A stretch of DNA of 64,000 nucleotides from Flaccisagitta enflata (Eukaryota). The position numbers and the translations under genes are program-made. The DNA lies in the NCBI GenBank assembly GCA_965153355.1, contig OZ231126.1, positions 21,080,001 to 21,144,000 of the forward strand. Reading direction: 5' to 3'. The notes under the pieces were generated by a model that did not search any database, was not told the origin of the DNA, and worked only from the letters and a program-made list of their open reading frames with translations. How positions within the stretch are numbered: position 1 is the stretch's first letter; each line of letters opens with the position of its first letter. This document shows positions 60,501 through 64,000 of this stretch, one piece after another.

Positions 60501-61324
60501 AGTGACCAAGCTAGAATTTTCTTCAATAAGTTTAAAAATTTTTTATAAGTCGATGTTTAAAAAAAAAATAAGTATATAAAAAAGAACAGGATTGTTTGCA
60601 TAGATCAGTAATAACATAAAAAATCAATCAATTTAAAAAATATGTCTGAAATAAATATAACTGTTTATAAGTTTCCAAACTTTGGTTAAAAAGATTTGAA
60701 TAAAAAATAAAAGGATGTTTTTTAGAGATATCTTTTGTTTTATTGTATGTTTGTATTTTTAGAACTTTTTTAAAAGTTTTTTTTTCCATCTTTGAGTTAT
60801 CCTTAATCATAAATAAAGCATAAACAAAAAGTCCCTTTTTTTTGAACACCCGTTATTAATGAAAATACTTAACCAAATCCAAAAAAACTCATGAGGAAGA
60901 AAAAATTTAGAAAACTTTCTTCAAAATGGCGCCGAGCAGAAATTTTTCATTTGATTCGTTTAAAATGGGACAATTTGGCTAAATAAACCTAATGTACATC
61001 TGTATGTGTGAGGTGCTACCTTTGTGATCTCTGCTTCTGCAAAACCCAGAATCAAATCCAGGCAGGCGAGACAGAAATCCTGGCCTAAAGTCTCTGATGC
61101 TGGCTTTTAGGTACCAGATAATAGCTTTCAAGACTCAGTCACTCAGAAGTTCTGAGTCAGAACCCACCCTTTAATACCAACATCATAACATCTGAGACCA
61201 ATCAATCAAGATCCCTTTTGCGTTTTCCAGGGCTTTGTCCTCTTGAGAGACGATACTCTCCCAACGCAGACACCAGGGCATTTATAGTACCGACCATATT
61301 CATTCACTGCCTTAAGGCGCTGCT

Positions 61325-62290
61325 CCACAGTCCATCAAATCCCACCCTGATGAGAAACAAACACCTACAGCCACTTTATCCCACTCAACCCACCTACACA
61401 GTCCATAAAATCCCATCCTGATGGGAAAAAACACCTATTATCCCACTCAACCTACCTACACAGTTTATCAAATCCCACGCTGATGGGGAAAAAGCACCTA
61501 ACGCCACTTTATCCCACTCAACCCACCTACACAGTGCATCAAATCCCACACTGATGAGAAAAAACACCTAACGCCACTTGATCCCACTCAATCTACCTAT
61601 CACTAGTGCCCACAGAGTGGAAAAAAGTTCAAGGTCAATGACCAGTACCGCCACCTGGTTTTTTGGGTCACACCTTATGTGGGGGGATGGTTTATGGCCA
61701 AAATCAAATCATCCTTGGAGCGCTTTTTGCAAAAAGTGCAAAATTCAAGATTTTTAGCATGATTTTTTATAAAAAAGATTGCAAGTTGGTTCTACTTATT
61801 TTTTGATAGCATAATGTTATTCATGATGAAATTCCCTTTAATTTGATAGGTCGCACTATAGGATTTTATAAATAAAGTTTCTATTTTTATGCCACCGTTA
61901 CAAAATCATAACGTGGCCTAAAAATGAAACTATAATTTTCTTTTTAAACCCTATAGTGCGACCTATCAAACAAAAAGGAATTTTGTCATGATTAACAATA
62001 TGCTAACAAAAATAAGTCAGCTAACCTCTTAAAATTTTTATGCAAAATCAAGCTAAAATCTTGAATTTTTCATTCTTTGTAAAAAGCGCCCCAAGGATGA
62101 TTTGATTTTAGCTAGAAAACACTTCCCCACATTGAGTAGAGCCTAAAAAACCAGGTGGGGGCACTGGTCATTGACCTTGAACTTTTTTCCACTCTGTGGG
62201 CACTAGTGCTATATCAGTCCATCAAATCCCACCTCGACTGAAAAAAAAAACAACCTAACGCCACTTTATCCCACTCAACCCACCTACATG
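61325..62290. repeat. ~81-bp tandem repeat interrupted by a MITE
   Basis: ATCCCACTCAACCCACCTACACAGTCCATCAAATCCCAC-like units on both sides of 61601-62208. Confidence 0.8.
61601..62208. mobile_element. Fold-back MITE with CACTAGTG termini and 4-bp TSD (CMC: CACTA/Chapaev-like)
   Basis: Perfect ~45-bp TIR CACTAGTGCCCACAGAGTGGAAAAAAGTTCAAGGTCAATGACCAGT; imperfect IR continues to the centre; TSD CTAT at 61597-61600 and 62209-62212. Confidence 0.85.
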
Positions 62291-63347
62291 CTCATTTCCT
62301 CAAGTGCGTCACTATCATCAACATCAGCTATTTTCATTATCAATTTTGGGCAAATAGTCTCAAAGGGATCGAGGACCTAGTGCTTTCATTGTACATGTTC
62401 TCTGTCATCTCTTCTTCTTCTTCTTTCTTCTTCTTCTTCCTCTTCTTCTCTCTCCTTCTTTCTTTTTCTTTTTCTTTTTCTTTTCTTTTTCTTTTTCTTT
62501 TCTTTTTCTTCTTCTTCTTCTTCTTCTTCTTCTTCTTCTTCTTTCTCTTCCTCTTCTTCTTCCTCTTCTTCCTCTTCTTCTTTTCTGTCCGCCCCCCCCT
62601 CTGACTCAATCCTACCCTCACGGCCTATATCCTTGCCTCGAGACCCCAATCCCAGCCTCAAAGCCCTAATCCTAGCCTCGAGGCCCAAATCCCAGCTTCA
62701 AGACCCCCATCCAGCCTCAGCCCAAATCTTAACCTTTGAGGCCCTAATCTCAGTCTTGATGCCTAGATCCCAGCCTCGAGGCCCAATCCCAGCCTTGATG
62801 CCCTGATTCCAGCCTTGAGGCCCCAATCCCAGCCTCAAGGCCCCAATCCCGGCCTCAAGGCCCCAAGCTCAGTCTCGAGGCCAAAATCCTAGCTTTTAGG
62901 CCAAAATCCCAGCCTGGAGGCCCAAATCCGAACCCGGAGGCCCATATATCCTGGCCCCAACCCAAGCTTGGATGCACCAATCTCAGCCTCAAGGCCCCAA
63001 TTCCAGCCTCAAGGCCCAAATCTCAGCCTTAATGCCCGACTTCAGTCTTGAGGCTCAAATATACGCCCAAAGGTCCAAATCCAAGTTGCTAAAAGGAGAA
63101 GAAGAAAATTCCACGTATGTGCGAAAGCATAGGTCATCGACCCCTTTGGGGCCGCTTCCCTGCTCCCTCCCTGAACTTTACTGCATTACTGCCCCTGCCC
63201 CACCGTACGTGACTAGGGTGCCGTGTATCCAGCGTTGTTATCATTATCATCATCATCATCATCATCATCATCGTCATCATCACCACCATCATCTTCATCA
63301 TTATAATCATGATCATCATCATGATCATCATCTTCATACTACTACTA

Positions 63348-63386
<39 letters not shown>

Positions 63387-63410
63387 ATGACACACACACA
63401 CACACACACG

Positions 63411-63450
<40 letters not shown>

Positions 63451-64000
63451 CTAATTCATCATCACCATCATCATTATTTTCATGATTTTCATTTTTCTCA
63501 TCATAATCATCATCATTATTAACATCATCATCACACACACACAATACTACATTATCACTACTATCATCACTATCATCGTCATCATCATCATCATCATCAG
63601 CAATATTATTAATATCATAACTACCAATATCAATCATTACTATTATTTTCATTTCATTACACACACATTACACACACACACACACATTCACACATCACTA
63701 TCATCATTTTTTTTATTTTTACTACTTAACACTACACATTACTACTTACCAATACTACTAATAATATCATCATCATCATCATCACACACACATTACTACT
63801 ACTACCATAACCATCAATATCAACTATCATAATTACTTATCATTATTATAATTATTATGGATTCATTAATAATAATACACACACACACACACACACACAC
63901 ACACTACTGCCACACACACACAATATCATCATAATCTTCACACATTACTATCATCAGGACCAATAATCATCATCATCATCATCATCATCATCCCAACAAT

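Noticed and set aside
63240..64000. His/Ile/Thr-rich ORFs at the window end
   Set aside because: Nearly G-free scrambled CAT/CA/TAC mixture; a degenerate microsatellite or base-calling noise

Overview
Repeat-saturated eukaryotic DNA, probably from an invertebrate animal, with no credible intact protein-coding gene, RNA gene or CRISPR array. Nearly every ORF in the supplied track is a microsatellite or minisatellite read-through. Contents: (1) dozens of short non-autonomous elements with the architecture of Helentron-associated HINE/DINE-1 elements (T-run, 5' subterminal IR hairpin, GTCY-type microsatellite or 20/21-bp array, 3' subterminal IR, 3' hairpin, T-run); (2) about ten TIR-bounded MITEs, several with clear TSDs (hAT-like 8 bp, TA, TAA, and a CACTA-terminus element with a 4-bp TSD), often nested; (3) dense SSRs and interstitial TTAGGG arrays; (4) a ~22.7-kb inverted duplication (38279-~49741 vs ~49878-60962) centred inside a self-complementary element. 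Its right arm has garbled patches, so a long-read fold-back artefact is at least as likely as a real palindrome. All alignments were done by eye.
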